This document shows positions 17,550 through 28,427 of a DNA stretch of 64,000 nucleotides, piece after piece. A program made the position numbers and the translations under genes. Numbering within the stretch: the first letter of the stretch is position 1; each line of letters starts with the position of its first letter. Origin of the DNA: Candidatus Bathyarchaeia archaeon. GTDB taxonomy: Archaea; Thermoproteota; Bathyarchaeia; Bathyarchaeales; Bathycorpusculaceae. A model generated the notes under the pieces. That model did not search any database, was not told where the DNA came from, and saw only the letters and a program-made list of their open reading frames with translations. Where the stretch lies: the NCBI GenBank assembly GCA_050010515.1, contig JBEKKX010000013.1:1-64000 (forward strand), given 5' to 3'.

Positions 17550-19355
17550 TTGGCTATGACACGAATTGCGGTACTTAACCAGGATAAATGCAAAGTGAAA
17601 AAATGCAACCAAGTCTGCGTTAGCTTCTGCCCTATGGTCCGCAGCAGAGTCGAAGCCATAAGAGTTGAAGGAAACAAAGCAGTCATATCCGAAACGCTAT
17701 GCAGCGGCTGCGGAATATGCGTCAAAAAATGCCCCTTCAAAGCCATCAGCATCGTTAACCTGCCCGATGAGCTGGAGAAAGATTGCAGTCACCGTTTCAG
17801 CGAAAACAGCTTCAAACTTTTCCGTTTACCCATGCCTTCACCTGGAACGGTGCTGGGTTTGATTGGGCAAAACGGCATCGGCAAAACCACGACTCTTAAG
17901 GTTTTTTCAGGCGAAATCAAACCCAACCTTGGCAAATACGATAATCCACCTGATTGGCCTGAGATTATCCAGTACTATCGAGGGTCAAGCCTTCAAGATT
18001 ACTTCCAGAAGATGAGTGAAAAAAAACTCAAAGTCAGCAGCAAACCTCAGTACGTGGATAAGATTCCCAAAGCGGTCAGTGGAAAAGTTGGCGATTTGCT
18101 AGAAAAGGTTGATGAGAGAAAGCAGCTTGATGCGCTTTCGGAGCAGCTTGAGCTCAAAACAGTTTGGGATAGACCCTTAGAAGTGCTTAGCGGCGGAGAA
18201 CTTCAGCGTGTGGCGGTTGCTGCAGCGCTTAGCCGCGAAGCAGATGTTTACCTTTTCGATGAGCCATCAAGCTACTTGGACGTGAAGCAGAGGCTTGTTG
18301 TTGCAAAAACCATACGCAGCCTAAAAGAGCAGCAAAAAACCATAATTGTAGCCGAACATGACTTAGCCATCATTGATTACCTGTCTGACCAAATCTGCCT
18401 CTTCTACGGTGAACCCGGCGTCTACGGTGTTGTCTCACATGTGCATGGCGTCCGAACAGGCATTAACATTTACTTGCAAGGCTACATTCCCGACGAGAAC
18501 ATAATGTTCCGCAAGGAATCCATCGTTTTCCACGAGAAGCCGCCGACCTCAGGCACCAACCTAAGCGAACCACTCTTGAAATGGGACAGCATGACGAAAA
18601 CTTTCAAGGGCTTCAAACTTACCATTGAACCCGGCGAGATTAAGATAGGCGAAATCGTCGGCATCCTAGGAGCCAACGGTATCGGAAAAACCACTTTCGT
18701 AAAAATTTTGGCTGGGCTTGAAGAGACTGATGAGAAACAGAAGCTTGGCGAGTTAACCGTCAGCTACAAGCCCCAGTACATCGCATCTGACTATACAGGT
18801 ACGGTTCAAGAACTGCTCATGAGTGTGGCTAAAGAAAACTTTACATCCAGCTGGTACAAAACCGAGATTGCCCAGCCACTGAGACTTCAGGTTTTGATGG
18901 ATCGAAATGTGATGGAGCTTAGCGGTGGAGAACTGCAAAAAGTTGCCATCGCCGCCTGCCTAAGCCGCAAACCCGACCTATATCTTCTTGACGAACCAAG
19001 CGCATACTTAGACGTTGAAGAACGCCTCAACATGGCTAAAACATTGCGGCGGGTCGTTGAAGCGCATGGCATACCAGCATTCGTAGTTGAACACGACGTT
19101 GTCACCCAAGACTTCATAGCCGACCGCCTAATGGTCTTCAACGGCGAACCAGGCGTAAGCGGCTTAGCTAATCCGCCAACCAGCCTACGAAAAGGCATGA
19201 ACACCTTCCTCAAAGAAATGAACATCACCTTCCGCAGAGACTCAGTAACCATGCGACCCAGAGTAAACAAGGAAGCCTCACAAATGGACAAGTTCCAAAA
19301 AGGAATCGGCGAATACTACTACACAAAAATGAAGCCCGAAACAGCCAAAAAATAA
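17550..19355 (+). CDS. rli1: Ribosome recycling ATPase ABCE1/Rli1
   Basis: N-terminal Fe-S Cys clusters; two ABC domains with LSGGELQ and DEPS. Confidence 0.98.
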   Translation: MAMTRIAVLNQDKCKVKKCNQVCVSFCPMVRSRVEAIRVEGNKAVISETLCSGCGICVKKCPFKAISIVNLPDELEKDCSHRFSENSFKLFRLPMPSPGTVLGLIGQNGIGKTTTLKVFSGEIKPNLGKYDNPPDWPEIIQYYRGSSLQDYFQKMSEKKLKVSSKPQYVDKIPKAVSGKVGDLLEKVDERKQLDALSEQLELKTVWDRPLEVLSGGELQRVAVAAALSREADVYLFDEPSSYLDVKQRLVVAKTIRSLKEQQKTIIVAEHDLAIIDYLSDQICLFYGEPGVYGVVSHVHGVRTGINIYLQGYIPDENIMFRKESIVFHEKPPTSGTNLSEPLLKWDSMTKTFKGFKLTIEPGEIKIGEIVGILGANGIGKTTFVKILAGLEETDEKQKLGELTVSYKPQYIASDYTGTVQELLMSVAKENFTSSWYKTEIAQPLRLQVLMDRNVMELSGGELQKVAIAACLSRKPDLYLLDEPSAYLDVEERLNMAKTLRRVVEAHGIPAFVVEHDVVTQDFIADRLMVFNGEPGVSGLANPPTSLRKGMNTFLKEMNITFRRDSVTMRPRVNKEASQMDKFQKGIGEYYYTKMKPETAKK

Positions 19356-19555
19356 ATTAATATTATTTCCATCACCAGAAAGCCAAATCTCTTCTATTTA
19401 TACAAGTTTAAAGCAAAAATCACCATTTCTCAAGCCACAGCCCCTTCCAGAATCAAAGGTTTTTTCCGCAAAGTGCAGTTAACTTAAAGAACAAGCAGCA
19501 AATATACTAAACAATCTGGCAATAATAAAACAAAGATAAGTGGTGTAAGCGGGAA

Positions 19556-21082
19556 GTGGCTCAAGCAACCTTTGAAGAGATTAGCGCTTCTGATTTTTTC
19601 TATCGAAATAGAGACATTGCAGGCTTCACAAACCCGTCCAGAGCAATATTCGCGGCAATCCGTGAGTTAGTGGAGAACTCTTTGGATGCTGCTGAAAGCC
19701 AAAAAATCGTGCCGGAAATTTATGTACGCTTATCTTTCGAGGGAGAAGCCAGCAAGGATACACAAATCTACAAGCTCCGTGTAGAAGACAACGGCAGCGG
19801 AATTCAGCCTCGGTTTATTCCCTCAGCTTTCGGGCAAGTCCTCTTCGGCAGCAAATACAAACTAAAGCAGACGCGTGGCACCTTCGGTTTAGGCGGAAAA
19901 ATGGCTGTCCTTTACGGACAAATCACCACTCATCAGCCAGCCTACGTGACTTCTTGTACGGGGCAAGCGAAAATTTACAGTTTCAAATTAATGATCGACA
20001 TCCAAAGAAACCGCCCGATAATTTTAGACCGCAAAGTCCTAATCAACAATGATAATTGGCGGGGAACCATTGTCGAGTTTACTCTGGAAGGCGATTATCT
20101 TAGGGCAATGCCGAAAATTCTTGATTACCTTAAGCAAACCGCCATGGTCAACCCGTACGCGAACTTGACGTTTGTTGACCCAAAAGGCAGGCTCTACAAG
20201 TTTATCCGTGGCACCACCGATATGCCTGAACCCCCCAAAGAAACGTGTCCACATCCATACGGCGTAGACGTGGAACTGCTGCAACGTCTTATCCAAATTA
20301 CAACTTACAACAACATGGCTGAATTTTTGAAGGGGCATTTTCACCGCGTTGGCGAAATTACAGCGCAAAAATTCCTAGAATTCAGTTCATTAAATCCAAG
20401 CAAGAATCCTAAGAAGCTTTCGCATGAAGAGATTGTGCGGTTGATGCAGAACCTTAAGAAGTACAAGGATTTCTTGCCTCCAGACGCCAGTTGCCTCTCA
20501 CCCTTAGGTGAGGAACTGCTTAAAGCTGGCATTATGAAGGAGTTAAACCCTGAGTACCTTGTTGTTCACCAGCGTAAACCATCCACTTATGCGGGTCACC
20601 CCTTCATAATTGAAATGGCAATCGCTTATGGCGGTGGAGTGCCCAAACGCGGCTGCTTTGTAATTTACCGATTCGCCAACAAAATTCCCCTATTGTATGA
20701 TGAAGCAAGCGACGTTTCCTACCGAGTAATCTCAGCCATGAACTGGCGACGCTACAAGGTCGCTCCCGACATGCCCATCGCCATTGCCGTGCACATTTGC
20801 AGCACAAAAGTGCCATATAAGACAGTTGGAAAAGAATTCATCGCTGACCGACCTGAAGTACGCCGTGAAGTGGCAAATGCTCTGCGTGAGGTTGCGCGTC
20901 AATTGCAGCATTTTCTTTCTCGACAAGAGCACGTGCATATGGAGAAGAAGCGGCTGGGAATCTTCGGCAAGTACCTGCCCAAAATCGCTCAGTTCTCGAC
21001 AACGCTAGCGGGGAAAGAACGTGTGCCGGATATAGATAAGTTATTGAAGAGTGTGCAGAAGTATGGAGCAGAAGAAAGTTAA
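19556..21082 (+). CDS. top6B: DNA topoisomerase VI subunit B
   Basis: ELVENSLDA, VEDNGSG, RGTFGLG, HPYG, RFANKIPLLY. Confidence 0.98.
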   Translation: MAQATFEEISASDFFYRNRDIAGFTNPSRAIFAAIRELVENSLDAAESQKIVPEIYVRLSFEGEASKDTQIYKLRVEDNGSGIQPRFIPSAFGQVLFGSKYKLKQTRGTFGLGGKMAVLYGQITTHQPAYVTSCTGQAKIYSFKLMIDIQRNRPIILDRKVLINNDNWRGTIVEFTLEGDYLRAMPKILDYLKQTAMVNPYANLTFVDPKGRLYKFIRGTTDMPEPPKETCPHPYGVDVELLQRLIQITTYNNMAEFLKGHFHRVGEITAQKFLEFSSLNPSKNPKKLSHEEIVRLMQNLKKYKDFLPPDASCLSPLGEELLKAGIMKELNPEYLVVHQRKPSTYAGHPFIIEMAIAYGGGVPKRGCFVIYRFANKIPLLYDEASDVSYRVISAMNWRRYKVAPDMPIAIAVHICSTKVPYKTVGKEFIADRPEVRREVANALREVARQLQHFLSRQEHVHMEKKRLGIFGKYLPKIAQFSTTLAGKERVPDIDKLLKSVQKYGAEES

Positions 21083-22145
21083 GATAGTTGAAAAAAGAAA
21101 TGAAGTTATTAATGGTCTTCAGGCTTTTGGCATCCAAATCTACAATCAGCTAGACCAAGGTGTTTTCCCAACTATTAGCATGCCAAGCCGTTCCACTGAA
21201 AACATTAACTACGACCCTACGCTTCGCCAATTCATTCTTGGGGAGAAAAGCGTTAGCCGCAGTGCCCGCAATATCCGACATATCAAACCGTTCACGCAGC
21301 TTGCTTGGGCAGCAATGTTTAGCAACGAGCTTACGAGCCAACGCAAGACCAGCACGCTCAGAGATGTTTATTACTCGGCGCAAGCCTACGAGATGACCTT
21401 CACAGATCAGCAGGAAAGCAACAACATCATCACCGACCTAGAAACATTAACAGGGTTTGCCCGAGAAGACTTCAACATTTTCCCAGAAGAACGCAGCGCA
21501 ATTTTTGGCGACTTAACCATCGGCTACACCGTTCCCGGTTATGAGGGTAAAACGTTGAATTTAACCAGCCACCCAGACGGCGTGTTGATTGGTCCAGCTT
21601 TGACTTCAGCCGAATTCATGGACACAAAAGCCGACAAAGTCATCGCCATAGAGAAAGGTGCCCTGTTTACAAGATTCATCGAAGAAAACGTGCACAACAA
21701 GCACAAGGCTTTGTTGATTTCGTGCGGTGGACAAGCGCCAAGACAAACCCGAAGTTTCATCCGTCGGCTGCATGACGAGTTAGGTCTGCCTGTGTATATT
21801 TTGACTGATGGTGATCCATGGGGAATGCACATCGCTCAAGTCATTATTTCTGGCTCGGCGAATGCTGCGCACCTAAGAGAGCTAAACACGCCTGACGCTG
21901 TTTGGAGCGGAGTCTGGGCAAGCGACATAATTGAATACAAACTGCCGACTGACCCGTTGGACGAAGTGGACATTAAACGCTTATACGAGTTGCAGAAGGA
22001 TCCAAGGTACCAAAATGACCCCCTGTGGCAGAGAGAGATAAAGCTCTTTCTAAAAATAAAGAGGAAGGCTGAGCAAGAAGCTTTCAGCCGATATGGTTTA
22101 ACCTACATTGTCGATGAGTATTTGCCAACAAAGCTCAAAAGTTAA
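21063..22145 (+). CDS. top6A: DNA topoisomerase VI subunit A
   Basis: TLRDVYY catalytic Tyr, IEKG, TDGDPWG TOPRIM, KAEQEA. Confidence 0.98.
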   Translation: MEQKKVKIVEKRNEVINGLQAFGIQIYNQLDQGVFPTISMPSRSTENINYDPTLRQFILGEKSVSRSARNIRHIKPFTQLAWAAMFSNELTSQRKTSTLRDVYYSAQAYEMTFTDQQESNNIITDLETLTGFAREDFNIFPEERSAIFGDLTIGYTVPGYEGKTLNLTSHPDGVLIGPALTSAEFMDTKADKVIAIEKGALFTRFIEENVHNKHKALLISCGGQAPRQTRSFIRRLHDELGLPVYILTDGDPWGMHIAQVIISGSANAAHLRELNTPDAVWSGVWASDIIEYKLPTDPLDEVDIKRLYELQKDPRYQNDPLWQREIKLFLKIKRKAEQEAFSRYGLTYIVDEYLPTKLKS

Positions 22146-22149
22146 GTAA

Positions 22150-22596
22150 CTACATCATTGGCGCTACAATTGTCGCCTGTTTTTCGGGCTGTTTTTCTTT
22201 TTCTGGGTAAATTTTTATTGTTGCTTCATTGTTTTTCATGTCAGTCATGCCTTCAACTTTGGCTTTAGTGTTGTTTAGCCAGTTGAGCCTTGGTGAGTTT
22301 GTCATGTATGTGACTTCGCCCATGAAGTTGTTTTGTTGTCCGGTGCCTTTGCCAGTTACCATGATTACATCGCCTTCTTTGGTCATTTCCATGGCTCGAG
22401 TTTCCCACTCGTTTGTTCCATCCATCTTCATCTTGACATCAGTGGTTTCAACGTGGTTTGCATGATATTTTCCTTTAACTTCGCCACTGGAATTGTATTC
22501 TATCATTGCGCCATCTTGGCTGAATTCTTTTATGATTACAGCGTTGGTTTTCTCTTTTATTTCAGCTAACATTTCTTTCTTTTCCATTAAAAACAC
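22150..22596 (-). CDS. Hypothetical beta-barrel protein (DUF3237-like)
   Basis: All-beta pattern with T.EGD.I and TNSPRLNWLN motif. Confidence 0.6.
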   Translation of the reverse strand: MFLMEKKEMLAEIKEKTNAVIIKEFSQDGAMIEYNSSGEVKGKYHANHVETTDVKMKMDGTNEWETRAMEMTKEGDVIMVTGKGTGQQNNFMGEVTYMTNSPRLNWLNNTKAKVEGMTDMKNNEATIKIYPEKEKQPEKQATIVAPMM

Positions 22597-22820
22597 CAGT
22601 GCATAAAAACCGATGAAACGATTTATGTCTATGTGACTGTATCGTTACATCACATACTTTTTAGCGGGAAAATTAAGCCCTTGCATCTTGTAAAAATGTA
22701 TGAAAAAAGCAGACGGTTTATCAAGCCGACCTAAGGACGAAGCAAGACTTCAATATTATTAATATAAGCACAGTTTTTCTAAAGTAATGCTAGACGGGTT
22801 TATGCTGTTGCCGCTATTTT

Positions 22821-22912
22821 CTAAGTGCCCCAGATTTTAGTCACTATTTCTTTGTCTGGGTTCATTGAGGGGTCTAGTACTTCTTTGCGTATGATGCGTC
22901 CGTTTTTGTCGC
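22821..22912 (-). pseudogene. DUF2283 antitoxin-like remnant
   Basis: Translates DKNGRIIRKEVLDPS..KEIVTKI, similar to DKNGRIIGIEVLDAS..KELVTKI of 26166..26369. Confidence 0.6.
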
Positions 22913-22999
22913 AGAACTGCAGCAAACAACAAATAATTTAAAATAACCCCTCTTGTTTTAATGTAGCCATTAGCACGGAGAGACGGAGCGAAAACAACT

Positions 23000-23200
23000 G
23001 TGAGTGAAGAAGGAGACACATTCTTTGTAAACCTTGCCGAGAAATTCTTAGGATTAATGTTAATTATAATCGGGGCAATAATGATTTATCTCACAGCAAG
23101 CACGAGCGCACTTGGCGCATTCAGCTTATTCTTCGGCATCCTGAGCTTCATCATGTTAATCATCGGCCTCTTCCTGCTTCTCGTGAGGGCATCTGAATAG
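23000..23200 (+). CDS. Small two-TM membrane protein
   Basis: 66 aa with two hydrophobic helices. Confidence 0.7.
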   Translation: MSEEGDTFFVNLAEKFLGLMLIIIGAIMIYLTASTSALGAFSLFFGILSFIMLIIGLFLLLVRASE

Positions 23201-23359
23201 CGCTTTTACTCTTTTCTATCAACCGCAAGATAATAATTAGCAACAAACCCCCGTCAAGAGGCCGCAACCAAGACAATAAAAAAAACGTGTCCACCAGCAT
23301 TTATAAACCAAAAAACCCTTACACACATAGATAACTTATAGCGGAAAGTGAACTCATTT

Positions 23360-25144
23360 ATGCCCACACGCCAACCAATAGTATGCGTATTAGGACACGT
23401 AGACGCAGGAAAAACCTCGCTTCTTGACGAGCTGAGAAAAACCAGTGTACAAGCGCGTGAAGCAGGAGGAATGACTCAGCACATTGGCGCAAGCTTCTTT
23501 CCAGTTGAAACACTCAAACAACTCATTGGGCCGGGGCTTTCCAACTTTAAAACTGGCATAGAAATCCCGGGCTTACTAATCGTAGATACACCTGGGCACG
23601 AAGCATTCACGAATCTTCGGCGCAGAGGCGGAAGCGTTGCCGACATAGCGATTCTTGTAGTAGATGTCCTGAAGGGTTTTGAAGCTCAAACTTTTGAGTG
23701 CATAGAAATTCTGAAAGCTCGCAAAACCCCCTTTATCGTTGCAGTTAACAAGATTGATCGCATTCCAGGGTGGACGGCTCAGCGTGGAACGCCTTTTTTG
23801 AAGTCTTATGCTTCCCAGTCAAGTTTTGTGCGTGAAGAGTTGGATAACCGTTTGTACCACGTTATGGGCGAGTTCAGCCGATTAGGTTTTAAAACTGACC
23901 GGTTTGACCATATTCGAGACTTCACTGTCAACGTGGCTTTGGTGCCGACTAGTGCAAAAACAGGCGAAGGCTTATCGGAGCTGGTTATGGTTTTGGTTGG
24001 GTTAAGTCAGCAGTTCCTTAAGAAGCGTTTGCAGACAACTGAGGGTGCGGCTAAGGGCTCGGTGTTAGAGGTGAAGGAGGAGCCTGGTTTAGGTTTAACG
24101 TTGAACACGATTGTTTATGATGGCACATTGCGTAAGGATGATTTGATTGTTGTGGGTGGGCGAGATGGGGCAATTTCGGCTAGAGTACGAGCGATTTTGG
24201 TGCCTAAGCCGTTGGATGAGATGAGGGATCCGCGGGACAAGTTTACTTCGGTTGATTGTGTTTTTGCCAGTGCGGGTGTTAAGGTGGTTGCGCCTGGTTT
24301 GGAGGGTGCTTTGGCTGGTGCGCCGTTGTTCGCTGTGCCAGCTGGTGAAGACCCTGCGAAGTATGCTAAGCTTATCACTGAAGAGATAGGCAGAATCAGG
24401 ATTACTAAGGAGATTGAGGGTGTTATTGTTAAGGCTGACACGCTTGGCTCGTTGGAGGCGATGGCTGAAATTTTGAAGGCTAACAATGTGCAGGTGCGCA
24501 TCGCTGATGTTGGTGACATCAGTAAGCGTGACGTGATTGAGGCATCTGTAGTTAAGACGCGCGAGCCGTTGGTTGGAGCCATTTTGGCGTTTGGCGTTAG
24601 AACGTTGCCTGACGCTGAGGAGGAAGCTGCGGCTAATGGTATCCCGATTTTTAACCAGCCAATTATTTACAATTTGATTGACGCGTATTTGCAGTGGGCT
24701 AAAAACAAGCGTGAAACGAAAAGCGAGCAGGAGTTTGAGGCGTTGGTTAAGCCTGGCAAAGTTACGGTTTTGCCCAATTGCATTTTCCGCAGGGCTAAGC
24801 CAGCGATTTTTGGCGTGGAAGTGTTGGGCGGCCGTTTAAAGCCAAAGTACGGGCTTATGCGAGCTATGGACGGCAGCGATTTAGGCGAAGTTGACCAGAT
24901 TCAGGACCAAGGCAAAGCCATGCCAGAAGCTAAGGTTGGCATGCAGGTGGCAATTTCGATGGATAAGCCAATCGTGGGCAGGCACGTGTTTGAGAAGGAC
25001 GTGTTATTTGTAAAAGTGCCTGAAAAGGATGCGAAAGCGTTGTTGACGGCGCATTCAGATGATTTAACGGCTGAAGAGCAAGAAGTGCTGAAAGAATACA
25101 TAGCGCTTATGCGAAAGAAGACGCTGTTTTGGGGCGGAGTTTAG
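23360..25144 (+). CDS. infB: Translation initiation factor aIF5B (IF-2)
   Basis: RQPIV..GHVDAGKT, GMTQHIGA, DTPGHEAF, NKID, KADTLGSLEA. Confidence 0.98.
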   Translation: MPTRQPIVCVLGHVDAGKTSLLDELRKTSVQAREAGGMTQHIGASFFPVETLKQLIGPGLSNFKTGIEIPGLLIVDTPGHEAFTNLRRRGGSVADIAILVVDVLKGFEAQTFECIEILKARKTPFIVAVNKIDRIPGWTAQRGTPFLKSYASQSSFVREELDNRLYHVMGEFSRLGFKTDRFDHIRDFTVNVALVPTSAKTGEGLSELVMVLVGLSQQFLKKRLQTTEGAAKGSVLEVKEEPGLGLTLNTIVYDGTLRKDDLIVVGGRDGAISARVRAILVPKPLDEMRDPRDKFTSVDCVFASAGVKVVAPGLEGALAGAPLFAVPAGEDPAKYAKLITEEIGRIRITKEIEGVIVKADTLGSLEAMAEILKANNVQVRIADVGDISKRDVIEASVVKTREPLVGAILAFGVRTLPDAEEEAAANGIPIFNQPIIYNLIDAYLQWAKNKRETKSEQEFEALVKPGKVTVLPNCIFRRAKPAIFGVEVLGGRLKPKYGLMRAMDGSDLGEVDQIQDQGKAMPEAKVGMQVAISMDKPIVGRHVFEKDVLFVKVPEKDAKALLTAHSDDLTAEEQEVLKEYIALMRKKTLFWGGV

Positions 25145-25260
25145 CTTTTACAATTTTGTTGTTGAAATCTATAAGCTAAATTGACTCCCTTCTCCTCTTT
25201 GGAAAGCTTGTTTTGGGTTGTTTTTTTTGGTTTAGGCTTTAATTTGGGCTTAGGTTGAGG

Positions 25261-25310
25261 CTAGAAAAGGTAAAAAAAGGTAGGAAAAGGTGGAAAAAGG
25301 CGGAAAAAGG
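25261..25310. repeat. Five 10-bp tandem units ending AAAAGG
   Basis: ctagaaaagg taaaaaaagg taggaaaagg tggaaaaagg cggaaaaagg. Confidence 0.7.
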
Positions 25311-25378
25311 TGTTGTGTATGAATCAAGTTCGGAATCTAATTTGTAAATGGGAAGCCGAATTGAGTGTGAATACGCCG

Positions 25379-25975
25379 TTAGGTTTTTTCTTTGAAGCAC
25401 AACGTTAGCATACCGTCAATACAGAACGGCGACAGTTCGCCTTCGCTGTCTTGTTTTATGCATAGTTGTCTCATATCACATTTAGGGCAGATGCTGCTGC
25501 TTAGCTGGGCGGCGCTGGTTTCTAAGAGGTTGTTTTCTTTTAGGGTTTCGTAGGCAAATTTTAAGTATTTTCCTTCGGCTATGCGTGGTACTTCGTATTT
25601 GGCTGCTTCTACACCTGCTTGAATGGCAAAGTACTCGTATAGTCTTCTTGAGCCTTTTTGGGAGTTGCAGCTTTTGCATATCCAAACAAGATTCTTCTCA
25701 ACGTTAGGACCATTGAACTTTTGCGGCAGCAAATGCTCAAGCGTCAGGTTTGTAGTTGCCCCGCAGAAAATGCACTCGTTTGAATACTCCCTCTCTTTGA
25801 TGTATTCCCTAATTTCGTTCCATGAAATGCTGCCCTGCTTGAGCTGCTTGAACTTGTTCATCACAAAACCATAATCTCTCTTTCCCATGCCTGCCGAATC
25901 AGCGATAATTTTCGCGTACTGCCAATAAATGAGGTCTTTGACGCTTTTTACCACCGCTGGAGGCATTTGTTGCAC
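25379..25975 (-). CDS. HNH endonuclease with Cys-rich C-terminus
   Basis: CIFCG..LTLEHLLP..G.N..KNLV..CKSCNSQKG. Confidence 0.9.
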   Translation of the reverse strand: MQQMPPAVVKSVKDLIYWQYAKIIADSAGMGKRDYGFVMNKFKQLKQGSISWNEIREYIKEREYSNECIFCGATTNLTLEHLLPQKFNGPNVEKNLVWICKSCNSQKGSRRLYEYFAIQAGVEAAKYEVPRIAEGKYLKFAYETLKENNLLETSAAQLSSSICPKCDMRQLCIKQDSEGELSPFCIDGMLTLCFKEKT

Positions 25976-26165
25976 ACCTTAAGGATGATATCTCTTATTG
26001 GCGTCTCTTTACTTTTAGCGTTTGCTGCTAGCTTTAGCTATATCGAAAAAACTAGTGCTCGAAACTTGCGGTAAAAAAATATGATGATAAATATCTGAAA
26101 GACATCTGGAGTAATGATGAAAATAACTGTTATTACAGTTTACTGGACGAGGAGACCCTGACTTT

Positions 26166-26369
26166 ATGGTGCAAATAGAATACGATTAAAAAGCCGATGC
26201 TATGTACATCTGGCTAAGAAAAGCCAAATATGACATAAGCAAAGAACTTGCAGAAAACGTGGTCATAGACCTAGACAAAAACGGACGCATTATAGGCATA
26301 GAAGTGTTGGATGCATCAAAAAGCTTGGGCAAAGAGCTAGTAACTAAAATTGTTAATACAGAAAAATAG
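26166..26369 (+). pseudogene. DUF2283 family protein with in-frame TAA at codon 8
   Basis: MVQIEYD*KADAMYI..VVIDLDKNGRIIGIEVLDAS; upstream remnant ..ITVITVY resembles a DUF4258 end. Confidence 0.8.
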
Positions 26370-26436
26370 CTGCAACGGCTTAGAGATTAATTGTTACTTG
26401 CTTTTTCAAGTCATGACGATATTAACGATATTTTCC

Positions 26437-26730
26437 TTAGCCGCCGCCTACAGGTGGGAGAATAGCTAAAACATCGCCATCCTTAAGCTCTGTTTCTAAC
26501 CCGTTTAGTATTGATGTGCTTGTTCCGTTAACGAGAAATTGGAGGAAATTTTTTGGTTGTCCTGTTTTGCCATTGTAAACATATTCGGTGAACGGGTTTC
26601 CGTATTTTTGGGAGAGCGTTTTAAGAACCAAGTCAACCGTAACTTTTTCTTTTGCGAGGAAGGTTAAGGTTTCTTCTCTTTTGTTTATAATTTCCCGTAG
26701 ATTGGTGAAGAAGCGAACTTTAACTTCCAA
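26437..26730 (-). CDS. Ubiquitin-like SAMP/MoaD family protein
   Basis: VKVRFF..LRE..FLVNG..L.DGD.LAILPPVGGG with C-terminal diglycine. Confidence 0.93.
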   Translation of the reverse strand: MEVKVRFFTNLREIINKREETLTFLAKEKVTVDLVLKTLSQKYGNPFTEYVYNGKTGQPKNFLQFLVNGTSTSILNGLETELKDGDVLAILPPVGGG

Positions 26731-27130
26731 TGTTCTTTGGCACCGTTCACTAATGTATATCAAAATTGTGGAAATTAACTATTACGTATAACAAGAGATC
26801 ATTGTACTACCTTACGGTGACTAAATTGATGCCTTGGGGTCTTCATAAAAAACGGCCGAAGTAAACATCTAATCGCTTGTTAGAACAATCAGGCACAACA
26901 AAAGTTTATGCCAAGCAGACCCTGTGTCTCTATTATGACTCCAAAAGAAAAGAACGATTATAAAATGAGGTCGTTTAGCTCCGCGATGGGTGAAGCCAGC
27001 AGCCCAATGTATGACGAGCATGTAAAGAAGATACGCGAGCAAGAAAAAATCTAGCTTTGGCAGTCGCCGTTTTGATACCGTCAGGATTATTACGGAAAGT
27101 TAACTGTATTATACAAAGCTGGTTAGCGCT

Positions 27131-27595
27131 ATGAAAGGCTTTAGTGTGAACATCGAGAGGGCAAGCATTAACGATGCGCAAGAAATATTATCGCTTCAAA
27201 AGCTGGCTTACCAGGGCGAGGCAAAGATATACGACGACTTTAAGATTCCTCCGCTCGTTGAAAGCCTAGACGATTTGAAGGACAAATTTAAGAGCCATGT
27301 TTTTTTAAAAGCCACGGTTGATGGAAAAATCATAGGCTCAGTCAGGGTGTTACAAAAAGATGGCACTTGCTGCATTGGCAGGTTGATGGTTCACCCCGAC
27401 TTCCAGAATCGTGGCGTCGGCACTAAGCTTTTACTGGAAATAGAGCGCATGTTTTCTTGCGCAAGATTTGAGTTGTTTACAGGTGATAAGAGCGTTAAGA
27501 ATATTCACTTGTATCAGAAGCTTGGCTACTGCGTGTTCAAAGTTGAAAACCCAGCGGATAACGTAAATCTTGTATTCTTGGAAAAAATGCGTTAA
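27131..27595 (+). CDS. GNAT N-acetyltransferase
   Basis: VHPDFQNRGVGTKLL; NIHLYQKLGY. Confidence 0.93.
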   Translation: MKGFSVNIERASINDAQEILSLQKLAYQGEAKIYDDFKIPPLVESLDDLKDKFKSHVFLKATVDGKIIGSVRVLQKDGTCCIGRLMVHPDFQNRGVGTKLLLEIERMFSCARFELFTGDKSVKNIHLYQKLGYCVFKVENPADNVNLVFLEKMR

Positions 27596-27662
27596 CCATC
27601 TTGTTTATCTTTCAAGCGTATTTAATAGAACCATAATAGAAACTGCAGAAGGGTTCAAACGT

Positions 27663-28427
27663 ATGAAGTTGAGTTTGTCGAACGGGATTTTTAGCAAGTT
27701 AAGCTTAGATGGGAACTTTGTTGCTGTTAAGCAGCTTGGTTTTGAGAACATTGAGTTTAACATGAAGACCGTGAGGAAAGAGAACGACACTGTGGTTTAT
27801 GCTGCAAAAAAATTCTTGGATGCTTCTGGATTAAAGTGTTTAACTCTTCACTCAGCGACTTTGCATGTAAAAGATGAGGTTGAGGTTCACCGAGCAGTTT
27901 ACTATGGCAAAATTTCTCTTGAGTTTGCCCGAAGGCTTTCGGCGCCAATTATGACCGTGCACTCGGACATTTCAAAAAAGCTGCCGCAACCAGTCAGAGA
28001 CAGGTGCTTAGCAGAAATATTCAAGGAAATCAACGCTGATGCTAAGAGCTTGAACATTAAATTGGCTTTGGAGAACTTGTCTTATACATCGGCGGGTTTC
28101 GGCAAAAACGTTGAACAGCTTGAAGAAATCCTAAAAATCATAGATGATGGCAGCATGGGAATAACATTTGATTTTTGCCACGCCCTAGAAACAAAACAAA
28201 CAGACAACCTCCTAGAAAAATACGGCAAGCGCATCTGCAACGTTCACATGGCCAACAAATCACACCAACCCTTCACTGAGCCAAAACAAGAACTAACTTC
28301 GTTTCTTACCAAACTGCGTGATTATGAATATGATGGTCCAATAACGCTGGAGCTGGAACATAGGACTCCCATAGAACAAATCGCAAGAAGCAAAACTCTT
28401 TTTGACAATCTGCTAAAAGAATTTTAG
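27663..28427 (+). CDS. Sugar phosphate isomerase/epimerase (AP endonuclease 2 TIM barrel)
   Basis: GFENIE, LALENL, FDFCH, VH, LELE metal ligands. Confidence 0.88.
   Translation: MKLSLSNGIFSKLSLDGNFVAVKQLGFENIEFNMKTVRKENDTVVYAAKKFLDASGLKCLTLHSATLHVKDEVEVHRAVYYGKISLEFARRLSAPIMTVHSDISKKLPQPVRDRCLAEIFKEINADAKSLNIKLALENLSYTSAGFGKNVEQLEEILKIIDDGSMGITFDFCHALETKQTDNLLEKYGKRICNVHMANKSHQPFTEPKQELTSFLTKLRDYEYDGPITLELEHRTPIEQIARSKTLFDNLLKEF

Noticed and set aside
23800-24650. G/T-rich codon shift inside infB
   Set aside because: The protein is continuous with no intein or insertion apparent; similar skew changes occur in other genes.
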